Source: a virus
Strand: one strand, 5' to 3'
DNA: 64,000 nucleotides
IMG/VR virus record: IMGVR_UViG_3300045747_000527
Span: 32,001-96,000 of that record
A program made the translations under genes and the position numbers. Below, piece by piece: positions 53,428 through 63,365 of the stretch (positions are counted from its first letter, which is position 1; every line of letters begins with the position of its first letter). The notes under the pieces are model-generated. The model did not search any database and had not been told where the DNA came from. It saw nothing but the letters and a program-made list of their open reading frames with translations.

Positions 53428-56400
53428 CGCCGTGTGACCACTACCTTTCCGGGGAAGAAGGTCGATAGCCGCCCATGAGATATCACGTTGCTCGACCGCA
53501 CCACAGAAAGAACCCGACTAGCGTTCGTGTCTAAAGAGACCAGCACCAGGGGATTCTGCACGAACGTCGCTCCCCTCCGCATAGCCAGCTTCTGGATAGA
53601 GGACGCCTGCGCATTGTCGGTCGGCCCAAGCCCCGCCAGATACGCGTCTACATCTGCCTGGACTACCTCCATGGATGAGCCGCCTTGGTACACCAACTCG
53701 AAGTACAAGTAGCTAGGGAAGAGGTGTCGCGCCAACAGACTCGCCGTTACCACGCGATCCAGTTCAGCTCCAATGAAGAGCTGCACGGACTCGGTAAGTG
53801 AGGAGTAGTCATAGTTGACCTGGACATTCTGACCCGCGAGCGTGGCAGCGTTCCCCAGGTCATCAGTTTCGCCGTTCAGCAGCAGCTGACGACTGAAGAC
53901 CATATTCACGTCTTCCTCGGTAGAGAAGCTCAAGTTCGGGTCTACCACCTGAAGGTGATACCCGTCCGCCTCGTACCCAGTAGCGAGCAGCACAGTTCCG
54001 TCAGGAATATTGTACAAATCTCCGGCACCGTCTGACAGCAGCTGCACATCCATGTAGTACAGGCCACTCTCGACCTGATTCTGCATGGCTGTAACGTGAG
54101 TGCGCTGTGAGCCGGTCCTTCTGATCTGAAAATGCTGGCTGTTCCACTCTGACGTGATTTGAGCCTGGTCTTCCGGCACCAGCAGCAACCCCATGGTATC
54201 CCCCATGCTGCGGGTGAGGCCGGTGGTCTTGATGGTGTAGCTTCCAGCGTTGACTGCAGCGTTGCTGAGACCGTCTGTGCTACCTAGATAATTCGGCAGT
54301 CCCAAATAAGGTACAGCCCACAGAGCGTACCTCAGCAGATCTGTCGAGTAGACTCTAGGTATCTCTATAGAAAAATCTGCCTCAAGCAAAAGTCTACCGG
54401 TGTCATCTATCGACGCTATGGTGGAGCCGAGCTGCTCATTGATGAAATTGACGAGACTACTCGCGTTCACCACTTGGTCGGTGAACAAGAGGGTCTTGCG
54501 CGGACCACCTCCGAGACGGATGTCCATGAACTTACCCACTACGCCCGCGAGGTTGAAGTCAGCAGTCGCTAGTATCGGCCGGTACGTTATGTCAATTTGA
54601 TCTCCAGCCCGAACCCTGCGAGTGACAAAGTCCAGTTCCTCCGTACGAGAACTCACCACCTGCGCGTTGAAACTGTGTGCGGAGACAAGTCCATACCCGG
54701 TCCCAGCCGCCCTATCTGGTGTGCTACGCAAGTTGTTGGGAATTTTGGAGGTAGGGTCAGGGATAATCACTCTGGACAAAGCCGGGTCCGGTATGAACCG
54801 TAAAGGAACACCGTTCACAGTAGCCGTGAAGTGCGTACGCTTGACCTCTGTCTCCTGGATGACGTCAGGGTCACTTGGAAAGTTACGAACAGCTGCACAG
54901 TTAGCTGGACGGTCGGCCGTATTCAGCAACGCCGGCCGGTAGCCTCCCAGTACCTCCATAGAGGTAGGATCTTTAAAGTAAATCCTGGCAGTGCCAATCG
55001 ACCGAGTACCTACCTGCACAGGAACGTCATACTGTGGCTCAGGGAACCGGGTGATCTTCTTGTCCTCGTCAAAGTCAAGAACGTACAGACGAGCCGTGTC
55101 AACGTGCTTTAGGTAGGTATTCTTAGCTACACCTGCGCCCTGGATTTGCACAGAATCAAGCTCTGCATCCAAAGCTGCCCTAGCCCCTTCCGGCGTCTCA
55201 GCCCACGTAGCAGGGTCAAGCCAAGAAAACGCAGGCGGTTCCCGCACGTTTATGATCTGGCGGTTGTCGTCCATAGCGTCAATGCCGAAGTACTGCGAGC
55301 CGCCCGTAGGTATGGCCGCGGAAACGTGCAACCACGAAAAGTCAGATCTGAGCTGCAGCCGGTGCTTACCGTCCAGAGGGAAAAGACTCGCCACACCTGG
55401 AAGCCGCGAGTTGATCGCGTCCACCAACTCATCTTTGTTCATCACTCCACCGAGAGGCACCACCCTTGGGAGCTCATTATCTGCCGGAGATGCAGAGTAG
55501 TCCTTGTAGATGTACAGAGCAGCTTCGGTAGGCAGAGGGTAGGCCACATCTTCCAGCGGCACACGCCCTATGATCCCAACTATCGCATGGGACGTCACAC
55601 ACTTGACCCCAGTTCCTAAATTGGAGAAGGAACTAGACCGAATGTCTACAGGCACACCGTAAGGAACCTGGTGCCCAGTGGGCTGATTGCTACTGTCCAG
55701 AAGGTCTACCGAACGGATCTGAACCAATGGAAACTGAAGACCCGCCTGTACTCGTAACACCTCCCAGCCGACGCCCACAGCGCTGGTAGTCAGAGGAGCC
55801 GATAACTCCAGGTTTTTGCTGCCCGTGCCTGCCACCCTCAGGATGCTGTAGTCTCCAGCGTCTACTCCATCCGCGATACGCAACCTGTCTCCGGCGGCAA
55901 CACCGAAGTTCTGGAAGTTCACCGCACCGGCCGTAGTGAAGACGTTACTGGACTGAGCAGTACTTCCGTCGCCACCGGATGCCTTCCGCAGTGTAGGCTG
56001 CCGGAGGTTTACGGTGACAGTCTTGACGATCTTGTAGCGCAGGAACTCCTGGGTAGAGCTGAACGGTGGGGTAACCTGTAAGCAGCCATGATCTGTGCTG
56101 CCTAGGGGTTCCACTGCGTTCGACCTGCCGACACGCAGGATGGTCCTCGTGCCAGCGTCAGGACCTGTCTCCACTATCAGGCTATCCCCCGGCTCCACGC
56201 CCATCGCCCCAAAGTTAACGGTGGTGGGCATTCCGCCGTACCAGTACGAATCATCCGAAACATCAGGGGTAGGCCTATCCCAGAAGAAATCACGCTGATC
56301 TGATATCGTTCGGCCGTTTACACCGTCACGGAAAAGAGGATTCTCGTCCTCCAGGTCTGCGATAACCTGAGACGCCGCATCGGCAGCCTGACCTCGCACG

Positions 56401-57920
56401 TAAAAATCGGAGCAGCCCCCAATATGCACCTGGCCCGGCAGGACCTTGATCGCCGCCCTCTCATCAGAGAGAACAATGCCCGACGGAACACCAGAAATGG
56501 TGAGTTCCCGCCTACGAATTTCCCAGCTGAGCTTGGTTACCCAGTTGAGCGAATCTGCGGGAAGAGGGTAACTCCCATTTGCCGGGTCGTCCAAAACCAC
56601 CAGATCAGTAGTATTTCCGTCAAAGCTGACAATCTGACTCTTGCGAGTAGACCGGATCAACACCCACTTTATGTGCTGCTCACCCGCACCGTAGTACGCA
56701 GCAGAGGTTTGGGCATCTACTAGCTGGATATACCCGCCGACGACCTGTGAGATCTTCAGGGTCTTGACGCCGTTCTGCCCAGGAACACCCAAGATCGTTA
56801 TTACGCGACCTACGTCAGATGCATCAAAGACATTAGGACTTGGCACGAGCAGCCTGTCTCTGTGCACCACCTCAATGGACGCCTCGCCCCCACACACGAC
56901 CTCCGTGGTAAGCAGGTACAGCGGAGATTCTGCTGGTACTGGACCAGGGCTAAAACCCGGTGGGAGTACGGTGGCCACCTGAGCACCAAGCCGAGTAGTT
57001 GTGCTACCCCCAGCACCGTCGCTAAGAGGTATGCCGTCTACCCCCGACAAAATCACCTCTCCCAAATCTCCGCCCGTGAGCACATCCCGGTTCATCTCGG
57101 GGTCAGAGCACCCGATTACCTGCAGCTGTGTCAGTGCTGGAAACTCATCCCGGAGTCTTGCGCTCACACCCCGCGGAGTTACCAGGGAGCGTTCCGTAAT
57201 GCTCGCTGCTGTCCTGGCAATGAGATCCTCTGATGTCTCCGTGGGCAAACCACCAGTGAACCTGGTCACATTGGTCACCCGCACAGCCACGCTGATGTTC
57301 GTGACACCCACCAGATAGCCAACGTCGATGTTGTACTGATCTCCTGACTGCTCGGCGACAACATCTACGTCGAAGTAGAACAACGCCCCCGACTGGTTGA
57401 ACGCCATGTTCTCCGCAGAGATGCTCTGCTGCCGATCTGGGTAGAAGCGCAGGTTATCCGCGGTGTAGAACACGTTCCCCACGCTCACACGTACCGCTTG
57501 AGGCGCGTTGAAGTACAACCGGCCCTTACCTCGTGACAGGTCTCCGGTGTTCCGATTGACGAACAGGTTCGCCGCGAAGGCATCCACCTCACTATCCGCC
57601 AGCTGGTCTGGCGCGATAAGAGACTGGCCGTTCTTGATAAGCTGGAGCTCTCTGATCACAGGATCGAGCAGCACCTGCATCGGCTTGATGAGTAAGTCCC
57701 GAAGCCCTGTGCCCTCTTGCACGTTGGTGTCTGGGAACTCTTGAGCCATGCGCGAGTCAAGGAACTCCTCAACGGGCATTTCAAAGGGGTCGGGCTGATA
57801 GCGAACCACGGTAGGCTGCACAACCTGTGCATCCGCGGGAGAGCCTGAGGACAAGTCAATGGTAGGGTCGTAGACACGGAGTCTATCCTGCAGAAACTCT
57901 TCCAGTGTTGTGGTCGCCAT
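53424..57920 (-). CDS. Baseplate J/gp6-like protein (greatly enlarged, ~1498 aa)
   Basis: GTGLRDLLIKP, FAANLFVNRNTG, FTGGLPTETSEDLIARTAASITERSLVT. ATG at 57920 preferred over 57974. Confidence 0.8.
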   Translation of the reverse strand: MATTTLEEFLQDRLRVYDPTIDLSSGSPADAQVVQPTVVRYQPDPFEMPVEEFLDSRMAQEFPDTNVQEGTGLRDLLIKPMQVLLDPVIRELQLIKNGQSLIAPDQLADSEVDAFAANLFVNRNTGDLSRGKGRLYFNAPQAVRVSVGNVFYTADNLRFYPDRQQSISAENMAFNQSGALFYFDVDVVAEQSGDQYNIDVGYLVGVTNISVAVRVTNVTRFTGGLPTETSEDLIARTAASITERSLVTPRGVSARLRDEFPALTQLQVIGCSDPEMNRDVLTGGDLGEVILSGVDGIPLSDGAGGSTTTRLGAQVATVLPPGFSPGPVPAESPLYLLTTEVVCGGEASIEVVHRDRLLVPSPNVFDASDVGRVITILGVPGQNGVKTLKISQVVGGYIQLVDAQTSAAYYGAGEQHIKWVLIRSTRKSQIVSFDGNTTDLVVLDDPANGSYPLPADSLNWVTKLSWEIRRRELTISGVPSGIVLSDERAAIKVLPGQVHIGGCSDFYVRGQAADAASQVIADLEDENPLFRDGVNGRTISDQRDFFWDRPTPDVSDDSYWYGGMPTTVNFGAMGVEPGDSLIVETGPDAGTRTILRVGRSNAVEPLGSTDHGCLQVTPPFSSTQEFLRYKIVKTVTVNLRQPTLRKASGGDGSTAQSSNVFTTAGAVNFQNFGVAAGDRLRIADGVDAGDYSILRVAGTGSKNLELSAPLTTSAVGVGWEVLRVQAGLQFPLVQIRSVDLLDSSNQPTGHQVPYGVPVDIRSSSFSNLGTGVKCVTSHAIVGIIGRVPLEDVAYPLPTEAALYIYKDYSASPADNELPRVVPLGGVMNKDELVDAINSRLPGVASLFPLDGKHRLQLRSDFSWLHVSAAIPTGGSQYFGIDAMDDNRQIINVREPPAFSWLDPATWAETPEGARAALDAELDSVQIQGAGVAKNTYLKHVDTARLYVLDFDEDKKITRFPEPQYDVPVQVGTRSIGTARIYFKDPTSMEVLGGYRPALLNTADRPANCAAVRNFPSDPDVIQETEVKRTHFTATVNGVPLRFIPDPALSRVIIPDPTSKIPNNLRSTPDRAAGTGYGLVSAHSFNAQVVSSRTEELDFVTRRVRAGDQIDITYRPILATADFNLAGVVGKFMDIRLGGGPRKTLLFTDQVVNASSLVNFINEQLGSTIASIDDTGRLLLEADFSIEIPRVYSTDLLRYALWAVPYLGLPNYLGSTDGLSNAAVNAGSYTIKTTGLTRSMGDTMGLLLVPEDQAQITSEWNSQHFQIRRTGSQRTHVTAMQNQVESGLYYMDVQLLSDGAGDLYNIPDGTVLLATGYEADGYHLQVVDPNLSFSTEEDVNMVFSRQLLLNGETDDLGNAATLAGQNVQVNYDYSSLTESVQLFIGAELDRVVTASLLARHLFPSYLYFELVYQGGSSMEVVQADVDAYLAGLGPTDNAQASSIQKLAMRRGATFVQNPLVLVSLDTNASRVLSVVRSSNVISHGRLSTFFPGKVVVTRR

Positions 57921-57962
57921 TATGTGTTTGCTCCAGGTTCTTTGGGCAGGAGAATGGGGAAG

Positions 57963-57991
57963 ATTATACGCCACCAGCCACCCGGAGTGAA
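57963..57991 (-). promoter_or_regulatory. Sigma70-like promoter upstream of baseplate J
   Basis: Minus strand TTCACT-N17-TATAAT. Confidence 0.55.
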
Positions 57992-58015
57992 AGAACCGCT
58001 CTGTGACTCAGTGGG

Positions 58016-58044
58016 GCAAAATGAGGAGGCAAAATGGGTATAAG
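58016..58044 (+). promoter_or_regulatory. Phage promoter motif, copy 6
   Basis: GCAAAAtgaggaggcaaaatgGGTATAAG. Confidence 0.7.
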
Positions 58045-58066
58045 TACTATGAGGAAAGGAGATCAC

Positions 58067-58861
58067 ATGCGCTACATTACACTGATCATATTGGCCGCGG
58101 GGTGCTCTACTAACACCGCAGGCCTCCAAAACCGCACCACCCCAGGCGCCGATGCCGCCGCCGACATAGTCGTTCAGGTGGACACCCTGACCACCCAGTT
58201 AGCGGACGCCCATTTGGCGGACGCCCAGGTCACCATCCCTTGTGGCGGAGCCTGCGGCGTCGGCACAACCTGCGTGTCTGGCACCTGCCTCGCGACCAGC
58301 GGCCCAGAACCCCAGCAAGGTCCTGAACCCCAGATGGGACCTGAGCCACAGCAGGGGCCAGAGCCTCAGATGGGCCCCGAGCCGCGACAGTTGGTGGAGC
58401 CCCAGCCGCGACTCCCAGGACCCGAGCCCCAACAAGGGCCGGAACCTCAACAGGGCCCGGAACCACAGGGTCTGCTCCGCGAGGTAGGCCCCGAGCCCCG
58501 CCCTGATGGCGGAATGCCTGACACCTCCCCAGTTGGCTGCGGACACATTGGAGAGGCGTGCTGCGCACAGAGAACCTGCATCACAGGGTTCTGCACCAGC
58601 GGCAGCTGCGTGGGCCAGGACGCTGAAGTCGTCACCCCACCGGACACTACACCTGCTTGTGGCGGTGTCGGACAGCTCTGCTGCCTGACCCGAGCGCAAG
58701 CAGTCGCGATGGTGGCGCAAGGACAACCAGCAGACGTAATTCGGCAGTATGACTGCCCAACCAGCTACACGACCAGTGGCTGCTTCGACGTACAAAAGAC
58801 TGACGGCACCTGGGAAGGCCGCTGCCAGACGTGCAAGAACCTGAACAACTGTCCCTCCTAG
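58067..58861 (+). CDS. Lipoprotein with GPEPQQ repeats and myxobacterial-style Cys-rich modules
   Basis: AAGGAG RBS; lipobox LAAG-C13; CGxxGxxCC twice; PDGG/PDAAAD motifs. Confidence 0.75.
   Translation: MRYITLIILAAGCSTNTAGLQNRTTPGADAAADIVVQVDTLTTQLADAHLADAQVTIPCGGACGVGTTCVSGTCLATSGPEPQQGPEPQMGPEPQQGPEPQMGPEPRQLVEPQPRLPGPEPQQGPEPQQGPEPQGLLREVGPEPRPDGGMPDTSPVGCGHIGEACCAQRTCITGFCTSGSCVGQDAEVVTPPDTTPACGGVGQLCCLTRAQAVAMVAQGQPADVIRQYDCPTSYTTSGCFDVQKTDGTWEGRCQTCKNLNNCPS
58301..58500 (+). repeat. About nine degenerate 18-nt repeats encoding GPEPQ(Q/M)
   Basis: Amino-acid repeat conserved while third codon positions vary. Confidence 0.85.
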
Positions 58862-58867
58862 TTACCT

Positions 58868-58902
58868 GAAAGGCGACCCTTCTGTGGTCGGGGTCGCCTT
58901 TC
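58868..58902. terminator. Bidirectional intrinsic terminator
   Basis: 12-bp stem GAAAGGCGACCC/GGGTCGCCTTTC between convergent stops at 58861 and 58904. Confidence 0.75.
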
Positions 58903-58903
58903 T

Positions 58904-59557
58904 CTAGCCCACACCCAAACTGGCGATTGCCGTCTTACCGGATTGCGCGATCAACTCTACTCGTACGTCCAGCCCCGTGTTTTCCGCGTCGTATCTGCAG
59001 CCCAGAAGGTTTGCGGCCATGAGCTTCTCATCACCGGAGAGTTGTGACTGTCGTGCTTGAACAGAGCGCATTTGATCTGCGGCGACATTCACCGCCCTGG
59101 TAACCACAGCTACTACGTTCGCTCCCACAGCTGAATCCGCATTCGTGCCCAGTGCCTCTAATGCTCCGCCTCCCAGGCTGGGCGAAAAAGCGTCGTAGTG
59201 TGGCGTGGTCAGTAAGAACTTGGTGTACGTCTGCATCAAGCAGATCAGACCAGTTGCTTTTTTCGTGTCCCTTCCCAAACGAAAGGTTACCTGGCTCTCT
59301 CTCACAAAACGGAACTCCGAGCTGATTACGGAGACAGACCGCACTGCCTGCGTAGCCAGGTCGATAGGTACCTGTGCGATGACCACGTTGGGGCTTGCGA
59401 TGACGAAGGATGGGCTCGACTCGTCGTTGATTACGACATCTACAGCTGTAGTGAAGTCGGGACCTGTGATACGCAAGGCCCGCGGGGCGTGGTCAGGGAC
59501 TTCGTCCACGCTGGTGAGTGTGAGCAAGTCGCTGAACTGAACGTACTGAATGTCCAT
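58904..59557 (-). CDS. gp25-like baseplate wedge/sheath initiator with N-terminal Ig/IPT-like domain
   Basis: ATGLICLMQTYTKFLLTTP...PSLGGG...LSGDEKL...LDVRVEL. Confidence 0.6.
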   Translation of the reverse strand: MDIQYVQFSDLLTLTSVDEVPDHAPRALRITGPDFTTAVDVVINDESSPSFVIASPNVVIAQVPIDLATQAVRSVSVISSEFRFVRESQVTFRLGRDTKKATGLICLMQTYTKFLLTTPHYDAFSPSLGGGALEALGTNADSAVGANVVAVVTRAVNVAADQMRSVQARQSQLSGDEKLMAANLLGCRYDAENTGLDVRVELIAQSGKTAIASLGVG

Positions 59558-59889
59558 CAGGCATTCTCCGGTGGGTTTGCGTTGTCCTTGTTCGCGACAG
59601 CCTGGTCTGTGCCCCAAACCCACGCGGTAACCGGCGTATCCTTCACAACCTCCAAAGCCGATACCAAATTGCTGCGCACAGTCTCTATGCGAGCAAGCTT
59701 GCTCGGACGGGTGGTCACGACACCGGGAGTGCCTCGTATCTTCCCTATCGCAGCGTCCACAAGCTGCTCGTAAGTCGTCTGGCTGACTCGCTTCGTGTAC
59801 TGTGAGCCACGGACAAATCCGTAAGCATCCGAAATACTATCCCGGATACTGGCGATCAAAGCCTTCTGTTTCGTTGTCGTATCAGCCAC
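59557..59889 (-). CDS. Hypothetical structural-operon protein
   Basis: Coupled to the flanking ORFs. Confidence 0.55.
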   Translation of the reverse strand: MADTTTKQKALIASIRDSISDAYGFVRGSQYTKRVSQTTYEQLVDAAIGKIRGTPGVVTTRPSKLARIETVRSNLVSALEVVKDTPVTAWVWGTDQAVANKDNANPPENA

Positions 59890-62800
59890 TGAGAGTCTTT
59901 CCCGTTACCTGGTCCGCCGCCGGGTCTACAGAGTCTATGGTAGCACCAGCCCCTATCAGGCTGACAGGGTCCTCGTTCGAGACATCCGCATAGTCATACG
60001 ACGCATCCGGAGAGTACGCCGTGGTTTGATGCGTTCGCACGATGTCCGCACTATCCGTGGTCTTAGAGATCGGCACATCACTCTGCACAACACTGCGGGC
60101 CGCTTTTAGCATTGCTGCGGAAGAGGAGGCATCGTCCTTGTCCATAGCCAGAAAACCGATCAAGTCTCCTGTGGACAAAGCCTTGTACGCCAAGTCAAAC
60201 CCGCGCTCCTGAAGCATACCTAAAGCAGCGTCTACGCGATCTACCTTATTAGCGATAACTGCAGAGCACACAACTATCGCGGCACGCACAACGGAGATAA
60301 AGGCAGTAACCGCGGCTCTGGCGTCGTTGATCTGACCTGTGGAGGGATTGGGGTTAGCCAACAACGGATTTAACACGCGGTCTAACTCTGCTGTGGAACC
60401 CGTCGAGTATGGCCTCGCCTGCGCCTGCTGCATGTATGCGTAGTACTGCGGATACGCCCTCTCGATGAAGTACTTGTACTCAAACGCCTCATAGCTGTAG
60501 ACCACCCAGCCCAGGTCTGGGCCCGTCATCGGACGCAGCGATATGCCTGGCAGATCTAGCGCCAGCACCTTGTTACCACTGCCCGGCGCGTCGGGTTCTG
60601 CGAAGATTCCAGCCACAGTAAAGAGGGTCACACCAGGCTGCCCCAAGTCGCTTGGGTCAGGCCGCCAGAGCAAGTCGCTCTTCTTCACTCCATACGTCGC
60701 CAGATTGACAGCCGCTTTGTAGAACTGCTCGCTTAGTTGCGCAGGTATGGCGGATGAGGTAGGAAAAAACAGAACCCCGTTCGTAGACCCATAGAAGGTG
60801 CCAGCAAGCCCGAGGCTACCTGCGGCAGAGCCAGAAATCACCAGCTGAGACGTCAGTACCCCAGGTGTGCTCCACGCAGTACTTGTGATCTGAAGAGTAT
60901 CCTTCTCAATAGCGTAAGCAGTAGGCGCTTGTGCGCTATCTAGCGGGAAAGGCGCGTCCACACGCATGTGCACCGAGGCGCTATCGTGCGAAAGCATAGA
61001 GGACATTCGGCACACGCCATCGTTGTACCCAGTCTTGATGTGCACCGACAGAACGTCTGTGCCCGTGGCGTAGTTCTGGATGAACGCGGCCGGAATGTCC
61101 GCTGCAGGAAAACTAACGGAATCGGCGCCTAATACCGTGCAGGCAAGACCGGTAACGTCCAGTAGATCTCCGTTCGTCGTGGTGACCCCTCTACTCACGG
61201 AAGCCACCACATTCAGAGCTCTGAAGACAGGGTCCGCGTTCAAGAACTCCGCTAGCTGCTGGGCTGTGATGGGAGCTGTCTGCCCAATTTGACCGTCCTG
61301 AAAGCCGAGCAAAGCGTAGCACCTGGATAGCTCTTCTCGCGTATGGCCTGCATAGCCTCCTCCCACCAACGGGAGTGACATCTTAAACTTGAGCTGGCCG
61401 TTGCGTTGGAGAGAAATGCGTTTGTCATCTGTGTGTGCAGTCGCGACGAATTCTCCGTCAGAGAATGCGCTCGTGATTGCCACTGCTACGTCCGCAGTAG
61501 ATAGCGTTCCAGCGGGCAGCTCTACCAATCGATCTCCGTTGATGAGTAGCATCCGGTTGTAATCTGTGCCCGCGGCGTAAGCCAGACTTCCTTCGAAGCC
61601 CAGAACAGATCCAAGGGTACGCACTATGATTCCCGCCGTGGAACCTTGCTGCACAGTAGTGAGTACAATGTTCCCGGAACCACCGGCCACGACAGTCAGC
61701 ACACTAGAGAGGCCGGAGATAGCAAGGATGTCTGAGATCACGTCACCTGTGCCTCGGGTTCCTGCTGTAAGCAGCCCTGAGTACACAACACCATCCACGA
61801 TCACAGTGAAGACATTACCCGGACTATCGGGAATAACGAAGGGACCAGAGCTGCTGCCAGCTAAGGTCGCGGCAGTCGTATTTACGAACGTGTATTCAGT
61901 GGTCCCTCCACCGCTCAAAACTGTGGGCCAAACCACGGTAGGCAGGCTAAACACAGCAGCGGGTTGGCCATTGGCGGCTACAGCAAGTTGATCATTGGCA
62001 CTTGTAATCTTCCAGGGGCCGGCGATCTTCCCAACCGCAGTAGCATCCTGTGGGATAAACGGGTGGTTGACGTCATCGTAATAGCTGACCGGCAGGTTCT
62101 TGAAGAGAGCCAGACCAGATCCTGGCGTTGCGTCTACCTTCGGCAAACTAGGGTCTGCTAAAAGGCGCACCCCACTGACCGTGGCCTTCGCTGCAGCCAG
62201 CTGAAGGTACGCCACTCGTGCCTGCGAGACCTTGTACGCGTCTGTCGTGCCGGCATCCTCAAACATGCTCTGCATGTCGGTCAGGCTCTGCCGTGCCTGC
62301 GTCACCGTAGTCATCGCCGCGGCTTTCCTAAGTTCGAGCTCAAGAAAGTTAGCCAGGTAGATACCCAATCCCTGTATCCGCTGAAAGGTCGCAGGATAAG
62401 CGGTCCTGAGGGAGAGCAGCTGTCGGTAGACCGTTTGCACCGCCTCGGGGTGAGACCTGTGCACCACCGCGACTGAACCTGGAAGAATGATATTCGGGGC
62501 CAGAGACACATCACGGAAGGAATCCACGGCTCGGATAAACCGGTCGTAAGAAGCCCGCTGAACTGCTGCGTCCTTTGATAAGATCGCGTCTATCTCGATG
62601 AGCGCGCCAGCAGCGTCTCCCAGCAACGTCGTATGCGTGATCGACCTAGTGATCCCTGCAATCTCACTCACCGCTACCAATAGATCTTGCGCGGAGTTCA
62701 TCACCGCAACAAGATCATCCAGGATACTACTAGCGTCGAGGTACAGCAGGTAAAATATAGCGTTGGGATCGCTCACCAACGTCGTAGTCACCAGATCTAC

Positions 62801-62932
62801 TGCCTCCTGGAACTTAGCCGCAATGTCTACGGGTCCCAGTGAATCTACGGCGGTTGTCCCGCTTCCCTGAACCAGCGCAGCTGCGGCTGCAGTGACTTCA
62901 GCATTGCTGTACCCAGTAACTGAGCTAGCCAT
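59882..62932 (-). CDS. Large putative virion (baseplate/tail) protein
   Basis: 1016 aa; helical ends and repeated GP(W/F)xI...V..(N/D)G beta modules. Confidence 0.65.
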   Translation of the reverse strand: MASSVTGYSNAEVTAAAAALVQGSGTTAVDSLGPVDIAAKFQEAVDLVTTTLVSDPNAIFYLLYLDASSILDDLVAVMNSAQDLLVAVSEIAGITRSITHTTLLGDAAGALIEIDAILSKDAAVQRASYDRFIRAVDSFRDVSLAPNIILPGSVAVVHRSHPEAVQTVYRQLLSLRTAYPATFQRIQGLGIYLANFLELELRKAAAMTTVTQARQSLTDMQSMFEDAGTTDAYKVSQARVAYLQLAAAKATVSGVRLLADPSLPKVDATPGSGLALFKNLPVSYYDDVNHPFIPQDATAVGKIAGPWKITSANDQLAVAANGQPAAVFSLPTVVWPTVLSGGGTTEYTFVNTTAATLAGSSSGPFVIPDSPGNVFTVIVDGVVYSGLLTAGTRGTGDVISDILAISGLSSVLTVVAGGSGNIVLTTVQQGSTAGIIVRTLGSVLGFEGSLAYAAGTDYNRMLLINGDRLVELPAGTLSTADVAVAITSAFSDGEFVATAHTDDKRISLQRNGQLKFKMSLPLVGGGYAGHTREELSRCYALLGFQDGQIGQTAPITAQQLAEFLNADPVFRALNVVASVSRGVTTTNGDLLDVTGLACTVLGADSVSFPAADIPAAFIQNYATGTDVLSVHIKTGYNDGVCRMSSMLSHDSASVHMRVDAPFPLDSAQAPTAYAIEKDTLQITSTAWSTPGVLTSQLVISGSAAGSLGLAGTFYGSTNGVLFFPTSSAIPAQLSEQFYKAAVNLATYGVKKSDLLWRPDPSDLGQPGVTLFTVAGIFAEPDAPGSGNKVLALDLPGISLRPMTGPDLGWVVYSYEAFEYKYFIERAYPQYYAYMQQAQARPYSTGSTAELDRVLNPLLANPNPSTGQINDARAAVTAFISVVRAAIVVCSAVIANKVDRVDAALGMLQERGFDLAYKALSTGDLIGFLAMDKDDASSSAAMLKAARSVVQSDVPISKTTDSADIVRTHQTTAYSPDASYDYADVSNEDPVSLIGAGATIDSVDPAADQVTGKTLSG

Positions 62933-63365
62933 TGAACATATCGTACTGGCGTACGTCCCGCTTCTTCAGCTTCATGATCTTCTGGCGCATCAGCCTAGGA
63001 TCTTGCTGAAGATGCCAGCATAAACTGCGGAATGACATCAATTGATCAAACAGCCGCAGCTGGGCTTGCTGAGTCTGGGTGGCTGTCTTCTTGCCCTTGG
63101 TTTTGTACTCGCCGAAGAGCCTCGCTGCCGAGTCATCGTCGTCAGAAAATACCCAGTCTTTAGCCTCTCGGTACAGCCGCCTCGCTTCAGGACGACGGTC
63201 TCGCTTGTACTGGGCGATGTCGAAGGCCGCTCTCCGCAGCACAGTCGCCAGAAGCATCTTTTCTGCGTAAGACTGCGGTAAGATCTCACGGACAATCAGA
63301 AGCGAGGGCTCCAACTGGAACCTCTGCATCGCGGTGGCAACACTTGAGTCGTGTACAGCTCTCAT
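62925..63365 (-). CDS. Conserved-looking phage hypothetical protein
   Basis: LLATVLRRAAFD...AKDWVFSD...SFRSLCWHLQQDP pattern recalled from phage hypothetical proteins. Confidence 0.55.
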   Translation of the reverse strand: MRAVHDSSVATAMQRFQLEPSLLIVREILPQSYAEKMLLATVLRRAAFDIAQYKRDRRPEARRLYREAKDWVFSDDDDSAARLFGEYKTKGKKTATQTQQAQLRLFDQLMSFRSLCWHLQQDPRLMRQKIMKLKKRDVRQYDMFNG

